Assembly: GCA_002432655.1 (NCBI GenBank)
Contig: DJFZ01000018.1
Coordinates: 40,391 to 104,390, forward strand
Reading direction: 5' to 3'
DNA from: Thiotrichaceae bacterium UBA5859
Lineage (GTDB): Bacteria > Pseudomonadota > Gammaproteobacteria > UBA5859
Length of the DNA: 64,000 bases
The translations under genes were made by a program, and so were the position numbers. The notes below the pieces were generated by a model, which saw only the letters and a program-made list of their open reading frames with translations, ran no database searches and was not told the DNA's origin. Positions 9,458-20,472 of the stretch are shown in pieces. Each line of letters begins with the position of its first letter. Within the stretch, counting starts at the first letter, position 1.

Positions 9458-10153
9458 TTGAAGAACTGTTATTTCGTGAGCGGCACAGATACCGGGGTGG
9501 GCAAAACTTGGATCTCAGCGGCCCTGTTGCATGCTTTTCACGCTATGGGGGTAGACGCCGTAGGCATGAAGCCGGTGGCCTCCGGCTGTGAGCAGACACC
9601 CGAGGGTTTAAGAAATAGTGATGCGTTGATTTTACAGCAATCTGCCAGTCGCTCGCTCAGCTACGATTTGATCAATCCCTTTGCGTTTAAGCCAGCCATC
9701 GCACCTCACCTGGCAGCTACAGCAGCGGGGCAGGAAATATCAACTGACATCTTATTAGGGCGACTGCAACAATTTAAGCGGCAAGTGCGAGACGTGGGGT
9801 TGATAGAAGGCGCCGGTGGCTGGCAGGTGCCTTTGAATGCCACAGAGACCTGGAAAGAGTTTGTGCAAGCTGCGAATTTGCCAGTCATATTAGTGGTGGG
9901 CCTGCGTTTGGGCTGTATCAATCACGCCTTACTGACTGCCGAGAGTATTACGGCTGCCGGTGTGCCTGTTGCCGGCTGGGTTGCGAACCGAATCGACCCC
10001 AGAATGGAAAATTGGCAGGAGAATATCGAGACTATTAGAGATAGATTGGTTGCACCAATGCTTGGTAACGTGCCATATTTAGATTCATTCCAACCTACTA
10101 AGATAGCGAACAATTTAGATTTGTTATTGCTCAAACGAGCCCTACTTAACTAG
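9458..10153 (+). CDS. bioD: dethiobiotin synthetase
   Basis: P-loop GTDTGVGKT at the N-terminus. It is the last gene of the bio operon. Confidence 0.9.
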   Translation: MKNCYFVSGTDTGVGKTWISAALLHAFHAMGVDAVGMKPVASGCEQTPEGLRNSDALILQQSASRSLSYDLINPFAFKPAIAPHLAATAAGQEISTDILLGRLQQFKRQVRDVGLIEGAGGWQVPLNATETWKEFVQAANLPVILVVGLRLGCINHALLTAESITAAGVPVAGWVANRIDPRMENWQENIETIRDRLVAPMLGNVPYLDSFQPTKIANNLDLLLLKRALLN

Positions 10154-10464
10154 GGTTATTGCCCTTTCTTTGGGCAACATATGTGATAGAATGCGTCCGC
10201 TTTTAGCACTGGTCGGGGTTTGCCTCTTTAGAGTGTGCTCAGATTAGCTGCGGTTGGATCTCAAAATCCTTCTCATTCAGCGAACTATTATGGTTTCAGG
10301 GAATGGAAGAGCAACACATCATTTTTGAGTGATCGGCTAAGCACTAGCGGTGGAGTGATTTGGGTAACTCACCTTCGCCAAAGGTTTTCGATTAAAACTG
10401 TATTCGCGGAATAAAAATTTAGAAGTAGTTAGAGTGTCCACTCGCGATCCGGAGTAAAAGTTTA

Positions 10465-11604
10465 ATGTCTGTTATCAAACAATGCTTGGTTTCTCACACC
10501 TTGCTTCTTATCACCATGTTAGTGGCCCCTTTTTCGGTATTGGCTGAAGAGTCAAAATTTAATATGCCCAGAGGAGTGACTGAGATCAGTGAAGAGGTAT
10601 ATGACATCCATATGTTGGTGTTTTATATCTGCTGCGTAATAGGTATCGCTGTTTTCGCTGTGATGTTTTATTCATTATTGAAGCATCGTAAATCGGTTGG
10701 TGCTGTGCCGTCACAGTTTCACGACAATACTGCGGTTGAAATTATCTGGACACTTGTGCCGACGTTGATTCTGGTATTAATTGCGGTGCCAGCTACCAAA
10801 ACTTTGCTAAAAATTGAGGTGGATCGCGAAGCAGATATGAGCATCAAGGTCACTGGCTGGCAGTGGAAATGGCAATACGAATATCTGGATGAAGACATTT
10901 CCTTTTTCAGCAATCTCTCCGAAGCCAGTAATCAAGCGCGTCAGCGGGCTTCCGGAATTGACCCCAGTACGGTGGAAAACTACCTTTTGGATGTGGATAA
11001 TCCCGTGGTCATTCCAGTGAATACTCGAGTGAGATTTTTAGTGACTTCCGCAGATGTGATCCACTCCTGGTGGGTGCCTGCACTGGGATGGAAACAAGAT
11101 GCGATACCCGGTTTCATTAATACTGCTTGGACTGAAGTCAAAGAGCCGGGGATCTATCGCGGTCAGTGTGCTGAATTATGCGGTAAAGATCATGGTTATA
11201 TGCCGGTGGTGTTAGAAGCTAAAAGCCAAGCAGATTATGCAGAGTGGGTGAAGGAGCAGCAGCGTAAACAGGAAGAGGCGATGTTAGCTTCAGGTCGTGA
11301 CTGGTCGATGGATGAACTCATGAGCAGAGGTGAAAAAATCTATACCGCTAATTGTGCTGCTTGTCACCAGGCGAATGGTGAGGGTATCGGCATGTTCCCA
11401 GCGCTGAAAGGCAGTCCCGTCGCCACTCAAGGATCCGTTGAAGAACACACCAAACTGGTATTAAACGGTCTAAATGCCATGCCTGCATTTGGCGCGCAAC
11501 TGAATGACGCTGATATTGCTGCCATAGTCACCTATGAGCGAAATGCTTGGGGTAACGATGTTGGAGACATGATACAACCTTCTGCAGTCAAAGCGCTGCG
11601 ATAA
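10465..11604 (+). CDS. coxB: cytochrome c oxidase subunit II with a fused C-terminal monoheme cytochrome c domain
   Basis: The CuA site is present ([17 protein letters not shown]). A signal peptide and TM helices are present. The C-terminus carries CAACH heme-binding motif. Confidence 0.9.
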   Translation: MSVIKQCLVSHTLLLITMLVAPFSVLAEESKFNMPRGVTEISEEVYDIHMLVFYICCVIGIAVFAVMFYSLLKHRKSVGAVPSQFHDNTAVEIIWTLVPTLILVLIAVPATKTLLKIEVDREADMSIKVTGWQWKWQYEYLDEDISFFSNLSEASNQARQRASGIDPSTVENYLLDVDNPVVIPVNTRVRFLVTSADVIHSWWVPALGWKQDAIPGFINTAWTEVKEPGIYRGQCAELCGKDHGYMPVVLEAKSQADYAEWVKEQQRKQEEAMLASGRDWSMDELMSRGEKIYTANCAACHQANGEGIGMFPALKGSPVATQGSVEEHTKLVLNGLNAMPAFGAQLNDADIAAIVTYERNAWGNDVGDMIQPSAVKALR

Positions 11605-11623
11605 ACTGGATGGGACAGACACC

Positions 11624-13201
11624 ATGAGCACTGCTATTACCCACGAAGAAGAACATCACGAAGATCTAACGGGCTGGCGCCGTTGGGTGTTCGCCACCAA
11701 CCATAAAGATATCGGAACCATGTACTTATGGTTCAGCTTTGCAATGTTTCTGTTGGGTGGTGCATTTGCTTTAGTGATCCGGGCGGAGCTTTTTGTCCCG
11801 GGATTGCAGCTGGTAGAACCGGATTTTTTCAATCAAATGACCACCATGCATGGATTAATCATGGTGTTTGGTGCCGTCATGCCTGCCACCGTGGGCATGG
11901 CTAACTGGATGGTACCCTTAATGATTGGCGCGCCGGACATGGCATTACCGCGGATGAATAACTGGAGCTTTTGGATCTTACCATTCGCTTTTTCACTGTT
12001 GGTGTCTACTTTTTTTATGGAAGGTGGTGCCCCCGCGTTTGGTTGGACTTTCTATGCACCTTTATCCACTACCTTCGCCCCAAGCACCACTGATTTTTTC
12101 ATTTTTGGTGTGCATTTGATGGGTTTCTCTTCCATTATGGGCTCAATTAACATCATTGCCACTATTCTCAACTTGCGTGCACCCGGCATGACTCTAATGA
12201 AGTTGCCGCTGTTCGTGTGGACCTGGTTAATCACTGCATTTCTACTGATTGCGGTGATGCCGGTACTTGCTGGTGCGGTGACCATGATGCTAATGGATAG
12301 AAATTTTGGCACCAGCTTCTTTGATGCAGCGGGTGGCGGTGATCCAGTGCTTTTTCAGCATGTGTTCTGGTTCTTTGGTCATCCCGAAGTGTACATTATG
12401 ATTTTGCCTGCTTTTGGTATCGTCTCACAAATTATTCCCACTTTTGCCCGTAAACCACTTTTTGGTTATGCCTCTATGGTATATGCCGTAGCAGCCATTG
12501 CCTTCTTATCATTTATTGTTTGGGCGCATCATATGTTTGCCGTCGGCATGCCAGTGGCCGGCGAGCTTTACTTTATGTATGCCACCACTCTGATTGCCAT
12601 ACCTACTGGTGTGAAGGTGTTCAATTGGGTGGCTACTATGTGGCGCGGCGCCATGACTTTTGAAACTCCGATGTTATTTGCGATTGCTTTTGTGGTGTTG
12701 TTTACCATTGGCGGTTTATCTGGCTTGATGTTAGGTGTGGCGCCGGCAGACAAGCAATATCACGATACCTATTTCGTGGTTGCCCACTTCCACTATGTGT
12801 TGGTGACCGGGGCGGTATTCGCATTGATGGCCGGTACCTATTATTGGCTACCCAAGTGGACCGGCTATATGTATGACGAGCGTCTGGGTAAAATCCATTT
12901 CTGGATCTCCACCATCTCCGTCAATGTGCTATTTTTCCCCATGCATTTTTCAGGGTTAGCTGGCATGCCCCGTCGCATCCCCGATTATGCGGTACAGTTT
13001 GCCGATTGGAATTTCCTCTCCAGTGTTGGTGGTTTTGTGTTTGGGTTCTCCCAACTGTTATTTTTCTATATCGTGATTAAAGCGATTCGCGGTGGTGAGC
13101 CTGCTACCAACCGAGTTTGGGAAGGTGCAGAAGGACTAGAGTGGACTTTGTCCTCTCCACCACCACATCACAGTTTCACCGTGCCACCTGAAGTGAGATA
13201 A
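11624..13201 (+). CDS. coxA: cytochrome c oxidase subunit I (aa3-type)
   Basis: It is a 12-TM protein with conserved histidines of the heme-copper oxidase family ([14 protein letters not shown]). Confidence 0.95.
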   Translation: MSTAITHEEEHHEDLTGWRRWVFATNHKDIGTMYLWFSFAMFLLGGAFALVIRAELFVPGLQLVEPDFFNQMTTMHGLIMVFGAVMPATVGMANWMVPLMIGAPDMALPRMNNWSFWILPFAFSLLVSTFFMEGGAPAFGWTFYAPLSTTFAPSTTDFFIFGVHLMGFSSIMGSINIIATILNLRAPGMTLMKLPLFVWTWLITAFLLIAVMPVLAGAVTMMLMDRNFGTSFFDAAGGGDPVLFQHVFWFFGHPEVYIMILPAFGIVSQIIPTFARKPLFGYASMVYAVAAIAFLSFIVWAHHMFAVGMPVAGELYFMYATTLIAIPTGVKVFNWVATMWRGAMTFETPMLFAIAFVVLFTIGGLSGLMLGVAPADKQYHDTYFVVAHFHYVLVTGAVFALMAGTYYWLPKWTGYMYDERLGKIHFWISTISVNVLFFPMHFSGLAGMPRRIPDYAVQFADWNFLSSVGGFVFGFSQLLFFYIVIKAIRGGEPATNRVWEGAEGLEWTLSSPPPHHSFTVPPEVR

Positions 13202-13212
13202 ACCAAGAACCT

Positions 13213-13797
13213 ATGATTCACCAACAGAAATCGCAGCGTAAAATTGTCGTTCAGTCACTATTAGTGGTGGTGCTGATGTTCGGTTTCGGATTTGCTTTAG
13301 TACCCATGTACAACGTCTTTTGTGATGTGTTTGGCATCAACGGTAAGACAGGTATTGAAGCAACTGCGATGGCAGAGCCGACTGTGGTAGATGAAGAGAG
13401 ATGGATCAACGTGGAGTTCGTGACCACTCTAAATCAAAGTATGCCCTGGCATTTTAAGCCCACGGTAAAAAAGATTAGAGTCCATCCTGGTCAAACGACC
13501 ACGGTCGATTTTTTAGCGGAGAATCTCTCCGAGAGTGAGATGGTGGGGCAGGCGATACCGAGCGTTTCCCCAGGATGGGCAGCAAATTATTTTAAAAAGA
13601 CAGAATGTTTTTGTTTCAATCATCAGCCTTTAGCCGCAGGTGAGTCGAAAGAGATGGGGGTTCGATTTTTTATCGATCCGGATATTCCGAGTAAGGTGAC
13701 AACATTAACCTTATCTTATACTTTTTTTGACGTAACTGAAAAAGCGAAGGCTAAGTCCAACAAGAAAGATGAGTTGGTCAAGGTGGCAACCAATTAG
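13213..13797 (+). CDS. ctaG: cytochrome c oxidase assembly protein CtaG/Cox11
   Basis: Cox11 motif CFCF is present. There is a single N-terminal TM helix. It lies between coxA and coxC. Confidence 0.85.
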   Translation: MIHQQKSQRKIVVQSLLVVVLMFGFGFALVPMYNVFCDVFGINGKTGIEATAMAEPTVVDEERWINVEFVTTLNQSMPWHFKPTVKKIRVHPGQTTTVDFLAENLSESEMVGQAIPSVSPGWAANYFKKTECFCFNHQPLAAGESKEMGVRFFIDPDIPSKVTTLTLSYTFFDVTEKAKAKSNKKDELVKVATN

Positions 13798-13844
13798 AGC
13801 ACTATCAACCAAGTATTCATCGCATTCTTAAAAGAGAGATTATT

Positions 13845-14714
13845 ATGAGCCAAACACAAGGCGCTTATTATGTTCCTCACGGTAGTCCATGGCCAATAGT
13901 CGGCTCGGTTTCCTTGACGTTAATTGTTCTTGGTGGTGTTAATTTGATTCAATCCAAGGGGGATTCAGGTCTCATCCTTTTTGGACTGGGTGCGATAGTG
14001 CTCACTGTCATGTTATTCGGCTGGTTTGGTGCAGTTATCAACGAAAGTATTGCCGGCAGTTACAACGAGCAAGTTGATCGCTCTTTTCGTATTTCTATGG
14101 CTTGGTTTATTTTTTCCGAAGTGATGTTTTTTGCGGCATTCTTTGGAACCCTGTTTTATGCGCGCGTGTTGAGTGTGCCTTGGTTGGGCGGTGAGGGCGA
14201 TGGCGCTTGGACCAATGCTCTGCTTTGGCCGGGATTTGAGTCCATTTGGCCTAGTAATGGCCCAGAGAATGTTGGCGGCGCATTCGATACTATTGGTGCT
14301 TGGGGTATTCCTGCGATTAACACAGCCATTCTGTTGACAAGTGGTGTGACCATTACCTGGGCCCACCACGCCTTAAAAGCAGATAAGAGATTACAATTGA
14401 TTGTAGGTCTAGCCGCTACGGTGGCACTTGGCTTCTACTTTCTATACCTGCAGGTGGCCGAGTATATTCATGCTTATCAAGATCTCAATTTAACGTTGAA
14501 TTCTGGTATTTTCGGTTCCACCTTTTTTATGTTAACCGGGTTTCATGGTTTCCATGTCACTCTTGGGGCATTGATGTTGACCATTATTCTATTGCGTTGC
14601 ATTCGTGGACATTTTTCCTCCAATGACCATTTTGCCTTCGAAGCTGTGGCTTGGTATTGGCACTTTGTGGATGTGGTGTGGTTAGGGTTATTTGTTGTGG
14701 TGTATTGGATTTAA
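13845..14714 (+). CDS. coxC: cytochrome c oxidase subunit III
   Basis: It is a 7-TM protein with a C-terminus typical of Cox3 (HFVDVVWL). Confidence 0.9.
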   Translation: MSQTQGAYYVPHGSPWPIVGSVSLTLIVLGGVNLIQSKGDSGLILFGLGAIVLTVMLFGWFGAVINESIAGSYNEQVDRSFRISMAWFIFSEVMFFAAFFGTLFYARVLSVPWLGGEGDGAWTNALLWPGFESIWPSNGPENVGGAFDTIGAWGIPAINTAILLTSGVTITWAHHALKADKRLQLIVGLAATVALGFYFLYLQVAEYIHAYQDLNLTLNSGIFGSTFFMLTGFHGFHVTLGALMLTIILLRCIRGHFSSNDHFAFEAVAWYWHFVDVVWLGLFVVVYWI

Positions 14715-14746
14715 AGTAAGAATTTTTCTAAATCAGTTGTTTTGAT

Positions 14747-14779
14747 AAAAAGCGCTGCTTAGAAGGTAGCGCTTTTTTT
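14747..14779. terminator. bidirectional rho-independent terminator (AAAA-AGCGCTGC-loop-GTAGCGCT-TTTTTTT)
   Basis: A perfect 6-8 bp stem is flanked by an A-run and a T-run. It lies between convergent coxC and the antisense mini-ORF. Confidence 0.7.
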
Positions 14780-15011
14780 ATGGTGCGGCAGCATTTGTAT
14801 TAGACTGCTTTTGATAGTTGTGGGGTTGCAGTTTGCCAGTGGAGAATCCGTAAAACAGCAATGCGAATAACAATATCGACAAAACCACGCGTGTCGTAAG
14901 GCCATTGACGGTTCGTTTTGATTTTGGGCCATCTTTGAGCATCGCAAACAAGCTAAATGCGAGGCTGCCTAGAATTAAAATGAATAGGATTGCGACCAAT
15001 GTTGGAAACAA
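14778..15011 (-). CDS. small twin-transmembrane-helix protein (DUF2909-like mini-protein common in cox clusters), here antisense to the cluster
   Basis: It is 77 aa with two hydrophobic helices separated by a KR-rich loop. Its position between coxC and surf1 matches the usual mini-protein. Its stop codon lies inside the terminator T-run. Confidence 0.4.
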   Translation of the reverse strand: MFPTLVAILFILILGSLAFSLFAMLKDGPKSKRTVNGLTTRVVLSILLFALLFYGFSTGKLQPHNYQKQSNTNAAAP

Positions 15012-15088
15012 ATTCTGCTCCTAAATGAATTCGAGTTAAAATTAGTATACCGAAAGCCTGTAGTGGTTAAACAAAAGATTTTGTATCT

Positions 15089-15817
15089 ATGGACAATTTC
15101 AATTCCCGTTGGCGACTGTCCTGGATAGGTTTTTTTTTGTTGACCTTAATTGTCAGCATCATATTTATTCGCTTAGGCATGTGGCAGCAACATCGAGCGG
15201 AATATAAACAGAATCTTGTTCAACAGTATGAAGAGAGTCTACGGCAAGCGCCCTTGGAGCAATTCCCCCGCACAGCGGAGTGGGAACATTTAAGATACCG
15301 ATCTGCTTATATTTTTGGCGAATTTATGTCTGACTTAGTGATTTATTTGGATAATGAGGTGCTGGATGGTGAGGTGGGATACCTCATACACCTAGTGTTT
15401 CGTAGTGCAAATCGATATTATTTGGTGGATGTAGGTTGGCTGCCAGTGGGACAAGATCGCAGTCAGCTGCCCCATTTTGAAATACCAAGGGGAGAGGTAA
15501 AATTACTAGTTCGTGCGGATTTTCCCTTGGGCAAACTACCTTTTCTGCCTCAGAATGATTATTCTCAGGATCCTCCTATGGTATTTCCCTATTTAAGTCT
15601 GCAAGAGCTGAATCAACATCTCTCTTACCAGCTAGAGCCGATCCTGTTTCGTGTGAGCTCTGGAGACTTGTTTGGCACCAGAGTAAGTTTAGCTCAACCG
15701 AATTTTAAAGTGGATATGCATCGAAGCTATGCACTGCAATGGTTCGGGTTGGCAATCACCCTATGGGCGATTTTTCTAATATTAAGCATAAAACGAATCC
15801 AGAACCTTAATCAATGA
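15089..15817 (+). CDS. surf1: SURF1 family cytochrome oxidase biogenesis protein
   Basis: The N-terminal TM helix is followed by GMWQQHRAEYK, and a C-terminal TM helix is present. These are SURF1 hallmarks. Confidence 0.8.
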   Translation: MDNFNSRWRLSWIGFFLLTLIVSIIFIRLGMWQQHRAEYKQNLVQQYEESLRQAPLEQFPRTAEWEHLRYRSAYIFGEFMSDLVIYLDNEVLDGEVGYLIHLVFRSANRYYLVDVGWLPVGQDRSQLPHFEIPRGEVKLLVRADFPLGKLPFLPQNDYSQDPPMVFPYLSLQELNQHLSYQLEPILFRVSSGDLFGTRVSLAQPNFKVDMHRSYALQWFGLAITLWAIFLILSIKRIQNLNQ

Positions 15818-15824
15818 ATTCGAT

Positions 15825-16445
15825 GTGATGACAAAACTTTCTGAAGAGTTAGATCCTAAACAGATTAGACGTAGCCGTATTACGCTATTGTTGGTCGTAG
15901 GCGTCTTTGTGATACCGTTCTTGTTGGCATGGATTGTCACTTCTGATCTAGAACGTTTCTATCCTGGTGAAGCGGTGAATGGGGAGCTGATCCAACCGGC
16001 AATTGAATTAGAACAGTTTAGCCTGCCTTACGGCGCGGGATTGTTTACTCTAGAAGATCTAAAAGGGCACTGGACGATGGTTTATTTCGCCGCAGAAAAC
16101 TGTGCCGCTGAATGTCAACAGAATATTCATATGATGCGCCAAGTGCACACTGCCTTGGGTGCGGTACGTACGCGGGTAAAGAAAATGGTAGTGATGGATG
16201 CGACGTCGGATGCAGCGTTGTTAGAGGAGTTCCAACGGCAATATCAGAATCTATTGTTAGTGGAGGGAACGGATAGCTTTGTGAGTCAGTTTCAATTTTC
16301 TGCACAAACAGATCATTCTATATACTCGTACTATTTCGTCATCGATCCTTTGGCACATGTGATGATGCGGTATGAGGTGTCAAAAAACCAAAAAGGTTTT
16401 TTAAAAGATCTAAAAAAATTATTAAAACTTTCGAGAATCGGTTGA
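15825..16445 (+). CDS. Sco1/SenC-like thioredoxin-fold membrane protein (putative copper chaperone for CuA assembly)
   Basis: One N-terminal TM helix. CAAEC (CxxxC) is preceded by VYFAAEN. A downstream His lies in the sequence HSIYSYYFVIDP. The spacing resembles Sco proteins. It sits within the cox cluster. Confidence 0.45.
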   Translation: MMTKLSEELDPKQIRRSRITLLLVVGVFVIPFLLAWIVTSDLERFYPGEAVNGELIQPAIELEQFSLPYGAGLFTLEDLKGHWTMVYFAAENCAAECQQNIHMMRQVHTALGAVRTRVKKMVVMDATSDAALLEEFQRQYQNLLLVEGTDSFVSQFQFSAQTDHSIYSYYFVIDPLAHVMMRYEVSKNQKGFLKDLKKLLKLSRIG

Positions 16446-17467
16446 TGACATTAGGACAGACTCAGATTTATCGTCTATCTATATTCGCTACACTGCTGGC
16501 ATTTGTGGTGGTGGTACTCGGTGCTTACGTGCGTTTATCTGACGCAGGTCTAGGTTGTCCCGACTGGCCGGGCTGTTATGGATTATTGGGCGCACCTGTC
16601 AGTGAGATAGAAATGCAGCAGGCTGCGCAATCCTATCCAGGCAGTGAAGTCGATAGTGCTAAGGCGTGGAAAGAGATGGTACATCGCTATTTTGCAGGAA
16701 CCTTAGGCATAGCAATTTTGGCAATTATGATCATCAGCCTGATGCAAAAAGATAAACATGATCAGCCCATCAAACTCCCAATTGTGTTGTTGGTTTTGGT
16801 GATATTTCAGGCGTTATTGGGAATGTGGACGGTTACATTGTTACTTAAACCCGTGATAGTGATGGGGCATCTGCTAGGGGGATTCGCAACCCTTTCATTG
16901 CTCTTATTAATGGCGTTGAGAATGCGCCAACGAGTCAACCCGGTGACTAGAGTCCCCGTTCAAACCAACCTGAAACTCTTTAGCTGGATCGCTTTGATTA
17001 TATTGATAATACAAATTGCTTTAGGTGGATGGACCAGCGCCAACTATGCAGCATTGGCCTGTCCGGACTTTCCCACTTGTCAAGGACAGTGGTGGCCATC
17101 AATGAATTATCAAGAGGGCTTTACTTTGTGGCGAGGTCTCGGCATGAACTATGAAGGAGGACTTTTATCGAATGAAGCCCAAATGGCGGTGCATTTTACT
17201 CATCGGTTAGGTGCTTTTGTGACCTTGTTAGTGCTGGGTTTTGTGGCACACGTGGCGATGTTGAGAACGACAGGATCTATTAGGAAAGTAGGGATCCTAT
17301 TATTCGCTCTGTTGGCTGTACAAATCTTACTTGGTATTAGCAACGTTGTTTTTTCACTGCCCTTACTGGTAGCGGCTGCCCATAATGGAGTCGGTGCATT
17401 GTTACTTTTGGCGATGGTGACCATGGTTTATGCGGCGCATTCCTGGACTGTTAGAGAAGTGAATTGA
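16442..17467 (+). CDS. ctaA: heme A synthase
   Basis: CPDWPGC and CPDFPTC Cys pairs are present. It is an 8-TM protein. Confidence 0.85.
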   Translation: MMTLGQTQIYRLSIFATLLAFVVVVLGAYVRLSDAGLGCPDWPGCYGLLGAPVSEIEMQQAAQSYPGSEVDSAKAWKEMVHRYFAGTLGIAILAIMIISLMQKDKHDQPIKLPIVLLVLVIFQALLGMWTVTLLLKPVIVMGHLLGGFATLSLLLLMALRMRQRVNPVTRVPVQTNLKLFSWIALIILIIQIALGGWTSANYAALACPDFPTCQGQWWPSMNYQEGFTLWRGLGMNYEGGLLSNEAQMAVHFTHRLGAFVTLLVLGFVAHVAMLRTTGSIRKVGILLFALLAVQILLGISNVVFSLPLLVAAAHNGVGALLLLAMVTMVYAAHSWTVREVN

Positions 17468-18384
17468 TGGTTATTCAAACAGCTACATCCGACGCCCTAA
17501 CCAAACAATGGCGCGAATTTTTAGGCTTATGCAAACTCAAGGTGGTGGCGCTAATTGTGTTTACTTCGGTTGTGGGCATGTTGTTAGCGGTTCCAGGCTG
17601 GGTTCCGGTAGATCTATTTATTTTTGGAAATTTGGGTATTGGTATGGCCGCCGCAGCGGCAGCAGCGATCAATCACATAGTGGATCAACAGGTGGATGCA
17701 AAAATGGCACGTACGCAACATCGACCACTGGTGACAGGTAGTCTCACGAATCGTCAAGCGCTTGTTTTTGCAACTGGTCTAGCTGCGTTATCCATGTTCA
17801 TTCTAGTCCTGTTGGTGAATCCACTCACGGCTATATTAACTTTTGCTTCCCTAATTGGTTATGCAGTGGTCTATACCATGTATCTAAAAAGGGCCACGCC
17901 ACAGAATATTGTGATCGGAGGCGCCGCAGGTGCGGCACCGCCCGTGTTAGGCTGGACGGCGGTGACAGGCCAATTGGATCCACAAGCGCTGTTATTATTT
18001 TTGATAGTTTTTGTTTGGACACCGCCTCATTTTTGGGCGCTAGCCGTAGCACGGAGGGAAGAGTATGCTCGTGCCGATGTGCCTATGTTACCGGTTACCC
18101 ATGGCGTTGCGTTTACCCAAACACAAATCATTCTCTACACGCTATTACTCATAGCGGTGAGTGCCCTACCTTATGTAACGCGGATGAGTGGGCTATTCTA
18201 TTTTGGGGGTGCAATGGCGCTAGGCGCGGGTTTTCTAGTCTATGCACTGCAAATGAAAAGAACGAATGAAGATACAATAGCCATGAAGACATTCGGCTAT
18301 TCTATTTTCTATCTGATGGGGATCTTCGCATTTTTGCTCATAGATCATTATATCCCCATGGTGGTCCGACAATTCGCTTATTAA
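17464..18384 (+). CDS. ctaB: protoheme IX farnesyltransferase (heme O synthase)
   Basis: UbiA-superfamily motifs and collinearity with CyoE/CtaB. It is translationally coupled to ctaA. Confidence 0.9.
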   Translation: MMVIQTATSDALTKQWREFLGLCKLKVVALIVFTSVVGMLLAVPGWVPVDLFIFGNLGIGMAAAAAAAINHIVDQQVDAKMARTQHRPLVTGSLTNRQALVFATGLAALSMFILVLLVNPLTAILTFASLIGYAVVYTMYLKRATPQNIVIGGAAGAAPPVLGWTAVTGQLDPQALLLFLIVFVWTPPHFWALAVARREEYARADVPMLPVTHGVAFTQTQIILYTLLLIAVSALPYVTRMSGLFYFGGAMALGAGFLVYALQMKRTNEDTIAMKTFGYSIFYLMGIFAFLLIDHYIPMVVRQFAY

Positions 18385-18594
18385 ACATACAGTAAATATA
18401 GAAAAATACGAAAGTGACAATAGAGAGTTTGGTTTCCTTTTCAGTTTGACTAAACTATGTGCCTGCTTGGGTTCGAGGTGTGTTGGATCAATTACCTGGC
18501 GTTTGCAAAAAGTTGGGGTCAGTTAAAATATATAGTCCGGGTTTCTAGTATTGAAACGTTATTTGTGTATCACTAAAAAAGAAAGGGTTTATCG

Positions 18595-20415
18595 ATGAGT
18601 GAAGGTCAAGTAATCACTCTTCCAATGGTTTTAAAACAAGTACCGAGCGTATTAGCACGGGTACCAAATGTTGTGCGTGCCGGGGCAATTCTGAATCCAC
18701 TCAACAAGAATCTATCTTTGGGTTGGGCAATCGCCAATGCAGCAAAGAAACATCCCAATAATCCGGCGATCTATTATGAAGATCGTATGCTGACATACAA
18801 ACAGCTGAATGAAGCGGCGAATCAGGTAGCGAATTGTTTGAAGGCCCAAGGCGTGACGCGCGGTGATGTGGTGGCTTTATTTATGCAGAATCGTCCGGAG
18901 TTCTTGATCCACGCGATCGGCATCGCAAAATTGGGGGCTGTTGCTTCTCTAATCAATAATTCTCAAACAGGTAAGGTGCTCACTCACAGCATAAACTTAG
19001 TGAAACCGGTGGCTGCCTTGATTGGAGATGAACTGCTCGAAACTATTAATGAGATTCGTGATCAATTGGAGCTCCCAGCTGATAAATTTTTCAATGTGTT
19101 TGATGGAGATGTGACTGAATCAGCAGGGCCGGAAATCGACGGCTATACTAATTTTTGGTCTTTGGCGAAAGATGCGAGCAAACAAAATCCAGCTGAGACC
19201 AATGCGGTACAGAAATCAGATCATCTATTTTATATCTATACCTCTGGTACCACAGGTATGCCGAAAGCCTCAATTACCAACCATGAACGTTGGTTGGCTG
19301 CTCATGTGGGGGTAGGTCATGTCATCGCAGGTATTAAATCATCTGACTGTTTCTATCTGACTTTACCTTTGTATCATGCTACGGGGTTGTTAGTGTGTTG
19401 GGGTGGTGTGGTCGCTGGTGGTGGTTCCATAGTGATTCGACGTAAGTTTAGTGCATCTGAATTTTGGAACGACATTCGTAAATACAACTGTACGGGATTT
19501 GGTTATGTGGGAGAGCTTTGTCGTTATCTGCTGAATGTTCCTCCAAAGCCGGATGATGCCCAGAACCCAGTGAAAAAAATTATCGGGAATGGGTTACGAC
19601 CGAACATATGGAAGGAATTTCGTAATCGATTTAGCATAGACAATATCTATGAATTTTATGCTGCCAGTGAAGGTAATGTGGCATTTTTTAATGTATTCAA
19701 TTTAGACGAGACCTGCGGTTTTGGTGCTGGAAATATCTCCATCATTAAATATGATAAAGAAAAGGATGAGCCTGTAAAAAACAGCAAGGGATTTTACGTT
19801 AAGGCTGGTGTGGGTGAGCCCGGTTTATTAATTGGCAAGGTGACTAAAGCAACTCCTTTCGTGGGATATACACAGAAAGATAAAACCGAGTCAGCACTAC
19901 TACGCAATGTTTTCCAAGAGGGAGACTGTTACTTTAATACAGGGGATTTGATTCGCAATGTTGGCTGCGCCCATTATCAGTTTGTCGATAGATTGGGTGA
20001 CACCTTTCGTTGGAAAGGTGAGAATGTTTCTACCACCGAATTGGAAAATATTATCAGTGATTATCCGGATATCAGTGAGACCGTTGTGTATGGTGTGGAG
20101 ATCCCCAATACTAATGGTCGTGCGGGGATGGCTTCTATTACTCCGGCGGATGGAAAGCAGATTGACTTCAAAGGATTGTATGAGTATTTAGCGAAAGAGT
20201 TACCACACTACGCAGTTCCGGTATTTCTACGTATCAAAGACTCTATGGCAACTACTGGTACTTTTAAATATCAAAAATCCGATCTTAAAAAAGAATCCTT
20301 TGATCCTGGGGCTGTGACAGAGCCCCTTTATGTTCTATTACCAAAGGGTTCTGAATATGTTCCCTTGACTCAAGATATTTTTAGCAAAATTAATCAAAAT
20401 GAATATCGATTCTAA
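18595..20415 (+). CDS. long-chain fatty acid--CoA ligase (AMP-dependent synthetase, FATP/very-long-chain type)
   Basis: The AMP-binding motif YIYTSGTTGMPKA is present. At 606 aa the length and layout resemble the FATP-like subfamily. Confidence 0.85.
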   Translation: MSEGQVITLPMVLKQVPSVLARVPNVVRAGAILNPLNKNLSLGWAIANAAKKHPNNPAIYYEDRMLTYKQLNEAANQVANCLKAQGVTRGDVVALFMQNRPEFLIHAIGIAKLGAVASLINNSQTGKVLTHSINLVKPVAALIGDELLETINEIRDQLELPADKFFNVFDGDVTESAGPEIDGYTNFWSLAKDASKQNPAETNAVQKSDHLFYIYTSGTTGMPKASITNHERWLAAHVGVGHVIAGIKSSDCFYLTLPLYHATGLLVCWGGVVAGGGSIVIRRKFSASEFWNDIRKYNCTGFGYVGELCRYLLNVPPKPDDAQNPVKKIIGNGLRPNIWKEFRNRFSIDNIYEFYAASEGNVAFFNVFNLDETCGFGAGNISIIKYDKEKDEPVKNSKGFYVKAGVGEPGLLIGKVTKATPFVGYTQKDKTESALLRNVFQEGDCYFNTGDLIRNVGCAHYQFVDRLGDTFRWKGENVSTTELENIISDYPDISETVVYGVEIPNTNGRAGMASITPADGKQIDFKGLYEYLAKELPHYAVPVFLRIKDSMATTGTFKYQKSDLKKESFDPGAVTEPLYVLLPKGSEYVPLTQDIFSKINQNEYRF

Positions 20416-20431
20416 ATCAAATTAATGAGTG

Positions 20432-20462
20432 AAAAAGCCACCTACTAAAGGTGGCTTTTTTG
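20432..20462 (+). terminator. rho-independent terminator (AAAAAGCCACC-TACTAAA-GGTGGCTTTTTT)
   Basis: A perfect 9-bp stem and a T-run lie immediately after the acyl-CoA ligase stop. Confidence 0.85.
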
Positions 20463-20472
20463 TATTGTAAAA

